From contig NIVC01001027.1 of the NCBI GenBank assembly GCA_002269645.1, forward strand, positions 8,352-72,351: 64,000 bases of DNA, read 5' to 3'. Both the position numbers and the translations under genes were made by a program. Position 1 is the stretch's first letter, and every line of letters starts with the position of its first letter. The notes below the pieces were generated by a model. It saw only the letters and a program-made list of their open reading frames with translations. It made no database searches and had not been told where the DNA came from. Positions 9,211 to 20,972 of this stretch are shown piece after piece. Origin of the DNA: Macrostomum lignano. Lineage: Eukaryota.

Positions 9211-12200
9211 GATGTTGTCATCAGGTGCGACGCCTCAAGAAGCCAGCCGACCTCGTCGGGTGTCTATGCCAATGACAGCCGTCGGTATCAAGGAGGTGCC
9301 ATTCGTGATCCCCAGACTGAGCCGCCACCTGACTGAGCGACACCGCATCGGACGAATCGATCCCAGCCTCTACCTAAACTTCGATGAAGACGAACTGTAC
9401 GAAGTCACCGAAGATCACATTGGCCGATTGTGGTTCCGGGTTCGATTCTTAATGAAGGAAGCTAAGCTGGAAGTCGTGGTGTTGAAAGCTAGAAATTTAT
9501 ACAACAAAGCCAGACGGTTCTGCGATCAGGCCTGCTCGGTGAGCTTCGCCGTTGAGCTGCCGCCGCTGTGCAACCGGGTCAATCAGACCCGGCTGAGGAA
9601 GAACAACCGCAACCCGGATGTGAACGAGACGTTCTTGTTTGATGTGAGCGCCGCATTAATTTGAAACAACCCGAAACTGGTTCAGAAATGAGCAATCTTC
9701 TACCTGTCAAGTCATTGAGTCGGTCAAGTCAAGTTGAAAAAAAGTGTCAGTCAAGAGTCACTAAAGCGGCAGTAAACGTGTTATAAATGTGCCAGTAAGG
9801 TATCCACCCGTATGGGGGCCGTAGTCCAGTGGTCCAGCGCGGCGTTCTCATGTGCCAGCGGCCCAGGCTCGATTCCAAGTGCAGACGAATTTTAATTGGC
9901 CTGCCAGTGCAACTAACGTCCTTAAGGCCAAACCCCAAGGCTTAGTGAAGTGTACATGCCTAGCGATAAATAAATTTAGGGCTGCTGTACACTCCTGTAT
10001 GAGTGTGTGCCTGCGTATGACTGCGTACGTATCCGCGCGCTTGTGTGCCTGCTCAGGGGAGTCTGGGGAATGGGCAGTAATGCCTCTCGCCGGTTGTGTG
10101 ACAATGTCGGTTAAACTGCGCCAGGGTGCACACAACCCCATTGCCCTTTTCATCTGTTTCCGTATGGATCTGTTGAAAGTACCATATAATTTACTTAAGA
10201 ACTTTACTTTACAAAGAAGCGTCATTTAAGTAGCCGCAATATTATTCGATTCTGAAGGCAAACAACATTTCTGTTGAAAATCAATTCAAAGGGAACTAAC
10301 TAAGCTGCTGGTTTTTCCTCTCAAAAAATCGGGCGAAAAGGGGGCGGGACAAGCGGCGGAGTAGTCACGATCCATCATCATCTCACGACTCAGTCTCGTG
10401 TGTCCAACCTGAGCCAACGGAGCCGACACTGAAACTTGACTTGCACGCAAGCTGCTTCTGCTGCTGCTGAAATACGAATCGGTTTGGCTGAAGGGTGCCT
10501 GGATTGACAAGTATAAGAAAGTCTTTCATTTTAATAAATCGGGATTGACTTCGCTTAGTTCTGTAAATTAAGGTGAATTTTAATTGCCCGAAAAGTGTAT
10601 TAGGTACGAGCAAGCCAAAATCTTAATCCCCATGCAGAAGCTTCGTCTTTAAAAATGGGTTCTCTCTGATTTTAAATCAAACTTAAACGTTCTCCCCTCT
10701 GCTCGATTCGGTGAGTTCGGCCACGTTAATTAAACTCTGAGCTTAAAGCTTGTCAGACACTTGTAGCTGATGCAGGCCAACCCCCCTAAGGCTCAGGGTT
10801 GCGTACACTGACTGACGATGCCGAGAAAGTCAGGGCCGCTGTGCACCCTGTGTGATCCTGTGCATGTCAAAGTATTTGTGCTGTGTGCTGCGTGCTCAAG
10901 GGGCGCATGACTGCTCGCCTCCTCTCTGGTTACTGTTTGACTGTTGCTAAAGAGCCGCCGACGGCACAACAGGTTGCTTGGACGGACCAATCAATCATTT
11001 ATTTGAATCCTTCAATTACGGGTTCACCTAAACTAAAATTCTTTCATACTAAAAACTGCAATACATTAGGATAAACAGACGCATGGTCGGATACGAGCAT
11101 AAGAGAATTCTGTCTTGTCATTTTGGAAGATTTTGTACGTTTGAGCAAATCAGAAGGGTTCCTTTCGGTTCGAAACTCAAGTGCGAATTTTAACATTCGG
11201 AGGCTTCATCGGTCATAACTTTATTAGACCTGCATTTTGTTTGGATAAATTATATCGTAAATTTAAACTATGAGTTCTGAACCTCGGAATTAACAAAAAT
11301 GGAGTTGCAAAAACAGGCCCAAAATTGTCGGACTCTCTCGAGCTTCCAGGTGCCACGACAAAAATTTTGAAGCGAACCAAAACCTTAGTTTCCCACGGCA
11401 CCATGGTAAAATATGTTAATCCAATCCAATCCAATCCAATCCAATCCAATCCAATCCAATCCAATCCAATCCAATCCAATCCAATCCAATCCAATCCAAT
11501 CCAATCCAATCCAATCCAATCCAATCCAATCTAATCTAATCCAATCTGATCCAATCTAATCCAATCCAATCTAATCCAATCCAATAATTCAATCCAACTT
11601 CAGATGGACCAGGCATTCCTAAAAAAGTGCAGCCTGCACTTTGTAGCCAAGGACACCCTGCCAGGCGGTCAGCAGAAGACCCTGGGCCATGCCGTGTTCT
11701 CAATGCGCGAGCTCGGACTCAGCAGAGCGGAGGCCGGGGTGCCGGTCACCGTCTGGCGAGACCTGAGCCCCGCCCGGCGTCGGCTGGTCAGCGACTTCGC
11801 CGCGGCTACGCTGGTGAGCGTCGGACTGCTGCACCTGTCCTGCGCCTACTATGAGCAGCTGGAGCGGCTGGTGATCACTCTGAATGAGACTAGGGCGATT
11901 AAGGACTGCCAGAACAGGGGTGAGCATTTTGAGCAGGGTTTGTTGATTATATAAACGGGTAGGACAAACCTAAACCTAGGGATATGTAAACCTAGAACCC
12001 TAAGCTAGTTTCTCAACTCTAGCCCCTAAGCTTAACCTTAGTCGAATTCAAATCAAAACCCTAATCAAAACCCTAATCTAACACCTAATCGAAACCTTAT
12101 CAAAACCCTAATCAAAGTTCTAACCAAAACTCTAATCAAAACCCTAATCAAAACCCTAATCTAACACCTAATCGAAACCTAATCAAAACCCTAATCAAAG

Positions 12201-15200
12201 TTCTAACCAAAACTCTAATCAAAACCCTAATCAAAACCCTAATCTAACACCTAATCGAAACCTAATCAAAACCCTAATCAAAGTTCTAACCAAAACTCTA
12301 ATCTAACCCCCTAATCAAAACCCTAATCCAAACCCTAATCAAAACCATAATCAAAAGCCTAATCAAAACCCTAATCGAAACGCTAATCCGAAAGAACTTT
12401 AATAAAGCCCTCATTAACCCCAAACCTGACCTGAAGCTGAGTCCTAAGCGTTAAAAAAATTTAGACTTTTTAAATTCCCGTTTATCAATGATCTCATTGA
12501 TAGATTTTCGTAATTAAAAATAAATGAATTATTAATTATTAAATGACCTAAAATGCAATTCACACCGGATGCACACACAATTCGCGAATGAATTTTCTGT
12601 ATTAATTCATTCTCAACATTTTCCAACTATAAATTCATGCCTCAGGCAATCCTCATATACAGAAAATTTTTTTTTGCGTTTGTATTCGAATATGTGACCT
12701 TACTTCTCTCATCCCGTTTCCCTGTCTCTGTCCACAATGATTGTTTTCTCTCCAACACCTGGCTCTCCGCTTTATAGATGGAGCTACAGTAAGAGCACCA
12801 GGTGCCAGACGCACGGGTATAATTAGATGGGCTGTTTTTCTTATCTTAATTTTGCCCCCCTGACTAAAAATTAAGATGATTGTTGTTTTTGATCGAATTA
12901 TTGAAAACTACTACTCGAATAGGTTAAATAACAGTTTTGCTAAAAGTCCAAAAACAAAAACAAAAAAGTTGTCACAAGGAGCAGAAACCAGCTGGCACTA
13001 GGAGCTAAATTCAGGTTGTCCCTGGTGTAGTAACTGAGACAGAGGCCGTGTTTGCTGTGTAGCCGAAACTCTTTCACTCTCGCCGCGCTGGGCACACATC
13101 TACATACGAGTATTTAGAGCTAGAATTGGGGTGGCGGCACCCACCCCGCTCTGCAGCCAATCAGACCGCCCGGGCGTACACGTTGGGCTAAGATACCGTG
13201 CGTACGCACACTACATCTCTCCTTCTTCGAATAGAAACTGCGAGAGAAAAAATCGATTTAAACTTAACTCGAAAATACAGAATTTGAAAGATTCACCGAC
13301 GATGCGCATTGAAAACGGAGATTAAAATATTGAAGAAATAAAAGACTTGAATCGAATGCAACAGCGAAAATATTAGAAAAAATCTTTAGTCCGCGTATTT
13401 CAGAAAAGAGTTAGTTAATTTCAGTCACTGGATTCAAAATTCAGTCCTTGTAGATTTTCACGCCGCCCCGAGCAGCGCGGGGGTGAGGGCGCAGCGCCAC
13501 CGGGGAGGCGGGTGGGCCTCGGGCCGCCTCACCTGGAGCTCTCGGTGCAGCGGTTTGCGGCTGGGCGACGGCGTCGGCCAAGTCGGGGCTGACGACCTTG
13601 ACCGCCGTGCAGTGCCGCCAGCAGGTTATGCCATCCCGGCGTAGCAGCAGCGAGTTGCCGGCCACCCGCTGGACCGTCCAGGCACCGCTCTCGAACGGCG
13701 TCTGCGTCTTGCTGGCACCGACCCGCCGTCGTAGCACCGAGTCGCAAACCTGGACGTCGTGCCGTTGTGGTCGCCTTTTTGCGTCCACGTGCTGCTTCAT
13801 CGCCGCCTTGGCGCCGGCGTCCACGTCTCTCAGCCGCTGCTCGTTGATGCGGACTCGCTGGGACGGCCGGGCGGCGGAAATGACGTCGTTTGGCCGCCGG
13901 CCCATCGGCAGCTCGCTGGTGCGCGCCCGGTGGCCGTGTGCGGCGAGTTCCTGTAGGCCAGCAGCCACTCGTCCAGAGCAGCCCTCCCGTCCCGCCGCTC
14001 CTCGATGGCTGCTCGTACGACTTTGTTGATGGAGCGGTTTAGCCGCTCTGTCATGCCGTTGGCCGCTGGGTAGTAGGGCGTGATGAGGCGGTGCTTGATC
14101 CCGTAGCTCGCCAGGAACCGGCCGAACTCCTTGGACGAGAAGGGCGGTCCATTGTCCGTCACGAGCTCCTGCGGGATCCCGAAGCGAGCGAACATCTCTC
14201 GCAGGCGGGGAATCAGTGCCTCAGCCGTCGTCGTCTGCATGAGCTGCACCTCCGGGAACCTCGAGTAGCGGTCCACGCACACCAGCAGCATGTTGTTGTT
14301 GATGGGTCCCACGAAATCGGCGCCGATCGACAGCCAGGCGCCCGCGGGGATCGGCGTCGACTGCAGAGGCGTGGCCCGGACGGCTGGCGTGTGCGACGTG
14401 ACGGCGCAGCTGCGGCATCGACTGACGAATTCCTCCGCTTGAGTTGCCATCCTCGGCCACCAGACCTTCATGGCGAGCCTCGCGATCGTCTTCTGCGAGC
14501 ACTGTTGTCCTTGATGCGCCAGTTCGAGCATCTGCTGCCGCAGCTTCGCTGGCACGACGATTTGCTGGTGCCGAAGGAGGACCCCGTCCACCGCAGACAG
14601 CTCTCGCAGCGCATGGAGCGAACGTATCTCGGCGTTGGAGCGATCCCACCGGCCGCCTTGCGTCGCCGCTATCGCCGCCCGGATGACTGGGTCGCTGGCA
14701 GAGCTCTTGCGGATGTCCTCGAGCGTCAGCGCCATCGGCACAGCCGCCTGCGCCACCTCGTTGATGTAGGCCTCCCTCCGCTGTTCGCCAAAACTTCCGC
14801 CGTGTGCGCTTAGGGGTTGCCTGCTGAGTACGTCTGCAGCATTGGAGGCTCCCGGCTGGTACTCGACCTTTTTTTTTAGAGGCAGGGGGGTTGTGTGCAC
14901 CCTGGCGCACTTTAGGCGACATAGGCACACAACCGGCGAGAGGCATTGCTGCCCATTCCGCCGACTCCCCTGAGCAGGCATACAAGCACGCGGATACGTA
15001 CGCAGGCACACACTCACACAGGAGTGTACAGCGGCCCTAACTTTATCAATTGTTAGGCATGTACACTTCACTGCGCCTGGGGGGTTGGCTCTCAAGGCCG
15101 TTAATTGCACAAGCGAGCCAAGCCGAGATTCCAATTCAGCCCCAAATTAATGTGACTGCACTTGGAATCGAGCCTGGGTCGCGGCACACCAGAGCAGCTG

Positions 15201-18200
15201 CGCTACCGCTGGGCTACGGCCCCCCGTACTCGACCTTGAACACTAGGTGCTGGATCCTCAGCGCCATTCGCTCGACTCGTAGAGGCGGCCGCGACCCAGG
15301 CGCGAACATGGCCGTCAGCGGCTTGTGATCGGAGACCACTGTGAACTCGGGCGATCCATGCAGGTAGTACTCAAACTTCAGGCAGCCGAACTTTACGGCC
15401 AGTGCCTCCTTCTCGGTTTGCGAGTATCGCCGCTCGACATCGGATAGGGTTCGGCTGGCGACCGGCCTCGAGCTGCCGTCGCGCTGCTGGCGCCCAGTCC
15501 GGTCGGCCCCGCGTCCACGATCAGCTGCGTGCGCAGCCGCTTGTCGTAGAAAGCTAGCGTTGTCGGCTCCGCGATGCTGCGCTTCAGCTGCTCAAAGGCG
15601 CTGGCCTGGTCAGCGCCCCACTGCCAGTCGACGCCCTTCCTGGTCAGGCGCCGCAGCGGTTCCGCCACCTTGGCCAGCTGTGGCGTGAAAACGGCGAGGT
15701 AGTTCACAAGGACCAGGAATGAGCGAAGCTGCCCAATCGACTCGGGCTTCTAGAAGTCTTGAATGGCGGCGACCTTGCTTTCGGTGGCCTGGACTCCTTC
15801 CGCCGTGAGCCGCATTCCCATGAACTCGATGCTGCTGCACGCCACTCGGCACTTCCGAGCGTTCAGCGTGATGCCGTGCTGCGCCAGACGGGCCAGACAT
15901 GCCTCGAGGCTGCTGTTGTGCTCCGCCATCGTGCGGCCGAACACGACCACGTCGTCGTGGATCCATTTGACGTTGGGCAGGCCTGCCAGCACTCGACTCA
16001 TCACATTCTGCAGGATCTCCTGGGAGGTGGACAGGCCCATGCACAGCCGGGTGAGACGGCGAAGTCCGCGAGGCGTCGAGAATGTTAGCAGGTTGCGGCA
16101 TTTCTCGGCCACAGGCACCTGGTAGAACGCCTTCGCGATGTCCAGCTCCGAGAACACGGTGCTGCCGGCCATGTCCCCGGTCACCTCCTCGAAAGTCGGA
16201 ATCTGGTGCCGCTCGCGGATGACGTAGCGGTTGACATCGCGGAGGTCCTGCGTGAAGCGCACCTCGCCCTGCTCCTTCTTGGGCACGACAACCATCCGCG
16301 CAACCCACGGCGCTGGACCGTCGACGGGCTCAATGATCCCGAGCTGCTCCAGCAGCTGCAGTTCCTTGTCCACCGTGCCTGCCAGGTGGATCGGCACCTT
16401 CGAAGGTGCGTGGCAGACCGGGCGGGCGCTGTCGGTGAGGTGAATGTCGACAGGCGGCCCGGTGAAGCAGCCGATGCCGTTGAACACGCTGGCGTGCTTG
16501 CGCAGCACCCTGCCGATGTCCTCTACGTGTTCTTGAGGTACTCCGCTGGATCTCGTACCGCTGAGGAGGGTTTCGACCGCCGTCTCCGCTTCAGCGACCT
16601 GCAGCACCTGCTGGCCGGCAGTCGGTGGTGGTCCGACACGCAGGATGTCCATCTGAGTGGCTGTCTGCCTGCCGATGATGGTGATGCCTCTCCCTTCGAC
16701 GACGTGGAACGTGGCGACTGCCTGCCGACCGAAAATGCGGACGGCCATTGCCACCTTGCCCAGCAGATGCATCGGCCGGTCCGACCCGTACGCGAACAGC
16801 CTGTCCGAGGTGGTCTGCAGGTGCGGCCGCTGTTTCAGACTCTCGAACGTAGCCCGGTTAATCACATTTCGAGCCGCGCCGCTGTCAATCAACACCGAGA
16901 GTCTGGAGCCGTTGATCTCGGCTACTGTGTGGGCCGACTGCTCACCCTGGTCGACCTCGAACACGCCGGAGTCCGGGTCGTCCACCTTCTGGTAGCTGGT
17001 CTCGCCTTGCAGCGTTGCGACGGTGTTGGCGCCGCTCTGCGGGGCGTCCTGCCTGGACCTGCAGGCTTGTGCGAAGTGGCCCAGCTTCCCGCACTTTCTG
17101 CAGCTTTTGCCCTGCGCTGCGGTGCACGTAGGGTCCCCGATCTGCCGCAGCGATCGCAGGATACGCGCTGCGTCGGTGCCTGCGTTCTTGGCGGCTGACT
17201 GTCTCTTCTGACTGCTGCGAGCTGCTGCGGTTCTCCTGGTCTGTCGCTCTCCATCGCGGTGGCCTGCTGCTCCGCGCCTTTTTGAGCACATCTTCCAGGG
17301 AGATGTTGTTGGTCTGCAAGAAGTCTCTCCTAAGTCTCTCGGACTCGCAGTAGGCGACGATTTTGTCTCGGATCAGCGAGTCTCTGAGGGCCCCGAACTC
17401 ACATGGCTCTGCCGCCTTGCGCAGACGCTGATACCACTGGTCGATCGGCTCGCCAGGCTGCTGTCTGCAGGTCTCAAACTTGAAACTTGAAACGCAATGT
17501 TATTCTTTCCGTCCCAGTACGCCTGGATGTTTTCCGCGAGGCTGTTGTGGTCCTCTCCAGAGACAATCGCGTTCTCTTCGACAACAGCCTGCAGCTCCTC
17601 TCCTGCGGCGTACAGCAGCAGCTGCTGCCCTTGAACCTTGTCAGTAATTCCAGCTGCATTGATGTACGTGGCGAAGCGACGAGTCCATGCAGTCCAGCGC
17701 TGTGCAGTGGAGTGGCAATCGCTATCGTGAGTGTGATTTGCTGAGTCATGATTTTAAGGGTTCGGTTCTTGCGACGCCATTGTAGTAACTGAGACAGAGG
17801 CCGTGTTTGCTGTGTAGCCGAAACTGTTTCACTCTCGCCGCGCTGGGCACACATCTATATATTTAGAGCTAGAATTGGGGTGGCGGCACCCACCCCGCTC
17901 TGCAGCCAATCAGACCGCCAGGGCGTACACGTTGGGCTAAGATACCGTGCGTACGCACACTACACCTGGGAGCTAAATTTAGGTTGTCCCTGGGAGCTAA
18001 ATTCAGGTTGTCACTGGGAGCTAAATTCAGATTGTCCCTGGGAGCTAAATTTAGGTTGTCCCTGGGAGCTAAATTCAGATTGTCCCTGGGAGCTAAATTC
18101 AGATTGTCCCTGGGAGCTAAATTTAGGTTGTCCCTGGGAGCTAAATTCAGATTGTCCCTGGGAGCTAAATTCAGGTTGTCCCCTGGGAGCTAAATTCAGG

Positions 18201-18966
18201 TTGTCACTGGGAGCTAAATTCAGATTGTCCCTGGGAGCTAAATTCAGGTTGTCCCCTGGGAGCTAAATTCAGGTTGGTCACTGGGAGCTAAAACCAGGAA
18301 TTGTCACTGGGAGCTAAGACCAGGTTGTCACTGCTTTTATAAATCCAGGACACACGACTTGAAGGTCGGGGGTTCGATTCCCGATCCCACTGTAACAAAT
18401 AATTTTTGTCCTTGAGCAAGAAACTTTACTCTGCATAGCTTCAGTTCACCCAGCTGTAAAATGGGTGCCAGCATTAGCTGGGGTAAATGAGGCTGTGTGG
18501 CGACTCCCCCCCCCCCAGTCCTTGGACTGAGCAGATTGTCAACCCCCTTCTCAAAAGCCTCAATCCACCCGGCAAACCCGCGGCAGACATCTGCATCCGG
18601 CTGAAGCGCCATCTGCCAGACGGCAGATCTGAGCTCAAGCAGTCCTCAATGCGACTCAGCAACCCAAACGGCTCTGCGCGCCTTAACGAATCTTTTCAAT
18701 TCCGGCTGACTCGCGACCAGCTCAAGGACTTCCAGCTCGGCCTGGCCGTCGCCAGCGCAGCCGCCACCGCCGCGGCAATTGGCGGCGGATTCAACAGCGC
18801 CGACGAGTTCAAAACCGTCGGCTGGGTGAACATCGACATCGTCGGCGGTGGCGGCTGCGACCCGGACGGAGCGGAGATGCTGCGAGAAGCGGTGACGGGA
18901 CTGGCGGTCAGGAAGGCCGCCGCGGTCAGCACTTGGCTGATTGTCAACCCCGGATTGCCCGACTGA
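9211..18966 (+). CDS. Synaptotagmin-like tandem C2 (C2A-C2B) protein, probably Ca2+-independent (SYT15/17-like); 5' exons unresolved
   Basis: Exons ~9211/9225-9643, 11604-11919 and 18587-18966 with GT-AG sites and matching phases (0, then 1). Pre-C2A motif IGRIDPSLY; C2A GRLWFRVRF…LEVVVLKARNL…NPDVNETFLFD|MDQ…LHFVAKD…LG; C2B LHLSCAYYEQLERLVITL…D-ICIR…LNESFQFRL. Confidence 0.8.
9814..10145 (+). mobile_element. tRNA-derived SINE family 2
   Basis: GGGGGCCGTAGTCCAGTGGT (box A), GGCTCGATTCC (box B), central AGTGAAGTGTACATGCCTA…GGGCTGCTGTACACTCCTG; closely matches the copy at 14871-15225. Confidence 0.88.
10776..10925 (+). mobile_element. Diverged fragment related to SINE family 2 central domain
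   Basis: GCCAACCCCCC…GGC…GTACA…GGGCCGCTGTGCACCCTGTGTGA resembles the family-2 core. Confidence 0.45.
11418..11590. repeat. (CCAAT)n pentanucleotide microsatellite abutting 3' splice site
   Basis: About 33 units, ending about 10 nt before the acceptor CAG at 11601-11603. Confidence 0.97.
12047..12390. repeat. Telomere-like ~12-bp repeat (AAAACCCTAATC) with 83-bp higher-order unit
   Basis: CCCTAA-containing monomers; the variant CTAACACCTAATCGAAACCT recurs at 12078, 12161 and 12244 (period 83). Confidence 0.9.
13441..17749 (-). pseudogene. gypsy gag-pol polyprotein (frameshifts, one nonsense codon, SINE insertion)
   Basis: Gag WTAWTRRFATYINAAGI and CCHC knuckle CRKCGKLGHFAQAC; protease IDSGA; RT DIAKAFYQ…WIHDD; RNase H VDAG…YSQTEKEALA…SDHKPL; integrase H…H…C..C, ADF, TDNGPPF, NGMTER. 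TAG stop at 15750-15752; frameshifts near 17730, 17290, 15510 and 13930. Confidence 0.95.
14871..15225 (-). mobile_element. SINE family 2, full-length copy inserted in gypsy pol
   Basis: tRNA-like head at 15225, poly(A) tail at ~14871-14877, 12-bp TSD GTACTCGACCTT (14859-14870, 15226-15237). Removing it restores …FKVEY|QPGASNAAD…. Confidence 0.95.
17965..18332. repeat. 24-bp minisatellite (CCTGGGAGCTAAATTYAGRTTGTC); first unit left behind at ~13000-13025
   Basis: Tandem units; the same unit lies immediately left of the gypsy element. Confidence 0.95.
18348..18534 (+). mobile_element. CORE-like SINE family 1, truncated copy
   Basis: GGTTCGATTCC box B followed by GTCCTTGAGCAAG…CAGCTGTAAAATGGGTGCC. 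Confidence 0.88.
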
Positions 18967-18986
18967 ATTGGGGTCGCTGAGTTGAA

Positions 18987-19215
18987 GTGAATGTCAGATG
19001 GCGCCAAAGTGAATGTCAAATGGCGCCAAATTGAATGTCAGATGGCGCCAAAGTGAATGTCAAATGGCGCCAAATTGAATGTCAAATGGCGTCAAATTGA
19101 ATGTCAAGTGGCGTCAAATTGAATGTCAAGTGGCGTCAAATTGAATGTCAAATGGTGCCAAATTGAATGTCAAGTGGCGCCAAATTGAATGTCAGATGGC
19201 GCCAAATTGAATGTG
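18987..19215. repeat. 22-bp minisatellite (TTGAATGTCAAATGGCGCCAAA) right after the synaptotagmin-like stop codon
   Basis: About 10 tandem units. Confidence 0.93.
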
Positions 19216-20179
19216 TAATTAATACTGAATTGTTAAATCATGCACAATAGTCACTAAATAACTTACTACTGTAGACAGTATCGTTTGTTTCCAGCCGCAA
19301 TGTCATTAAAAATAAGTAAGTAAAGAAGTCGCCGTACCATAAACTATTAAGTTATTTTGAAACAACGAAGCCGATTAAAACAACACTGCACGAACGATTT
19401 AATATAATTATTAATTTTATTGTAGAATTGTTCAAAACACACAGCTTAGATATTAGATTAGGAATAATAACTACATAAAGCATTTATGCATCAAAACTTT
19501 AATATAGCAACACTAATATAAATATTAATATAGGCATAAACTAGGTGGCAGCGGACTCAGCACTGACTAGACAAATTATTCAAACTGCAGCTGCAAAGCG
19601 CAAAAGCATTTTATTTTAGGCACAGTATCAGAGCCAATACTTTTGATTGTCTGTTTGTTACATTGTACGTACGTATTTAGTCATATAATTATATAAATAA
19701 ATTGCTAATTTGAAAATAAATCAAGCAAAATAAAAAGCTATACATGGGGACTAGCTATTTACACGCACATGCTATAAAAGCCTAATTTTGTATGGGAAAA
19801 TTATCACACAATTCTCCCTAAAAAAGTCATATTGCTGCACAATACTACGAGTAGTAAGATCTACTGCAAATCAAAGGATGAAAAAAATTGTGTGAACGTT
19901 GAAACGTTAAATTTTATTTACGATTTCGAACAAAATATCAGCAACAAAACGCGCAACATGCTACTGTAACGATACAAGCAGCTAAGTAGCTTAGAATAGA
20001 TAAAAATAAATGTATTGCAAGCATAATAATGTGTAGGATTGCAAAGACGATTGAATATGCAAGCGTTTGATCAAAGAATGAAGTGTAAACCAAATTTATA
20101 TCGACAAAAATCGTAGATACAAAAGACTAAACACGCCATTAGGAAGCTATGAAGGTCAAATATGATTAATTAAAATGTG

Positions 20180-20950
20180 AGGATTTGGGATGAGGATTAT
20201 TGGGATCAGCGGTCGAGGATGAGAATCTGGGGATTAATGGGATCAGGAGTGAGCGATTAATGGGATCAGAAGTTCGAGATGAGAATCTGGGAATTAATGG
20301 GATCAGGAGTGAGGGATTAATGGGATCAGAAGTTCGAGATGAGAATCTGGGGATTATGGGATCAGGAGTCGGGGATGATAATCCGGGGATTAATGGGATC
20401 AGAAATTGGGGGTGAAAATCTGGGGATCAATGGGATCAGCAGTCGGGGATGAGAATCTGGGGATTAATGGGATCAGGAGTGAGGGATTAATGGGATCAGC
20501 AGTCAGGGATGAGAATCCGGGGATTAATGGGATCAGGAGTGGGGATGAGAATCTGGGGATTAATGGGATCAGAAGTTCGAGATGAGAATCTGGGGATTAT
20601 GGGATCAGGAGTCGGGGATGAGAATCTGGGGATTAATGGGATCAGGAGTGAGGGATTAATGGGATCAGGAGTGAGGGATTAATGGGATCAGAAGTTCGAG
20701 ATGAGAATCTGGGGATTATGGGATCAGGAGTCGGGGATGAGAATCCGGGGATTAATGGGATCAGGAGTCGGGGATGAGAATCCGGGGATTAATGGGATCA
20801 GGAGTCGGGGATGAAAATCTGGGGATCAATGGGATCAGCAGTCGGGGATGAAAATCTGGGGAACAATGGGATCAGCAGTCGGGGATGAGAATCCGGGGAT
20901 TAATGGGATCAGGAGTCGGGGATGAGAATCTGGGGATTAATGGGATCAGC
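20180..20950. repeat. ~37-bp minisatellite (GGGATCAGGAGTCGGGGATGAGAATCTGGGGATTAAT) with shorter variants, directly 3' of the CTL stop
   Basis: Tandem repetition starts about 20 nt past the stop at 20973 (minus sense). Confidence 0.93.
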
Positions 20951-20972
20951 AGCTGCATACTCAGCCAGCAGG

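Larger units (their letters stand above)
13026..17964 (-). mobile_element. Full-length Ty3/gypsy LTR retrotransposon, inactivated
   Basis: LTRs 13026-13215 and 17781-17964 (TGTAGT…ACTACA); 5-bp TSD CCTGG; PBS-like TGGCGTCGC next to the 5' LTR; PPT GAAGAAGGAGAGA next to the 3' LTR; domain order gag-PR-RT-RH-IN. Confidence 0.97.

Noticed and set aside
12778-12801. Possible 24-nt phase-1 microexon (DGATVRAP) in the synaptotagmin-like intron
   Set aside because: The AG/GT flanks fit, but an internal stronger donor breaks the frame and there is no homology support.
14091-17319. Large antisense or alternate-frame ORFs (240, 262, 330 aa and others) over the gypsy element
   Set aside because: Shadow ORFs expected in GC-rich coding DNA; no recognisable motifs.
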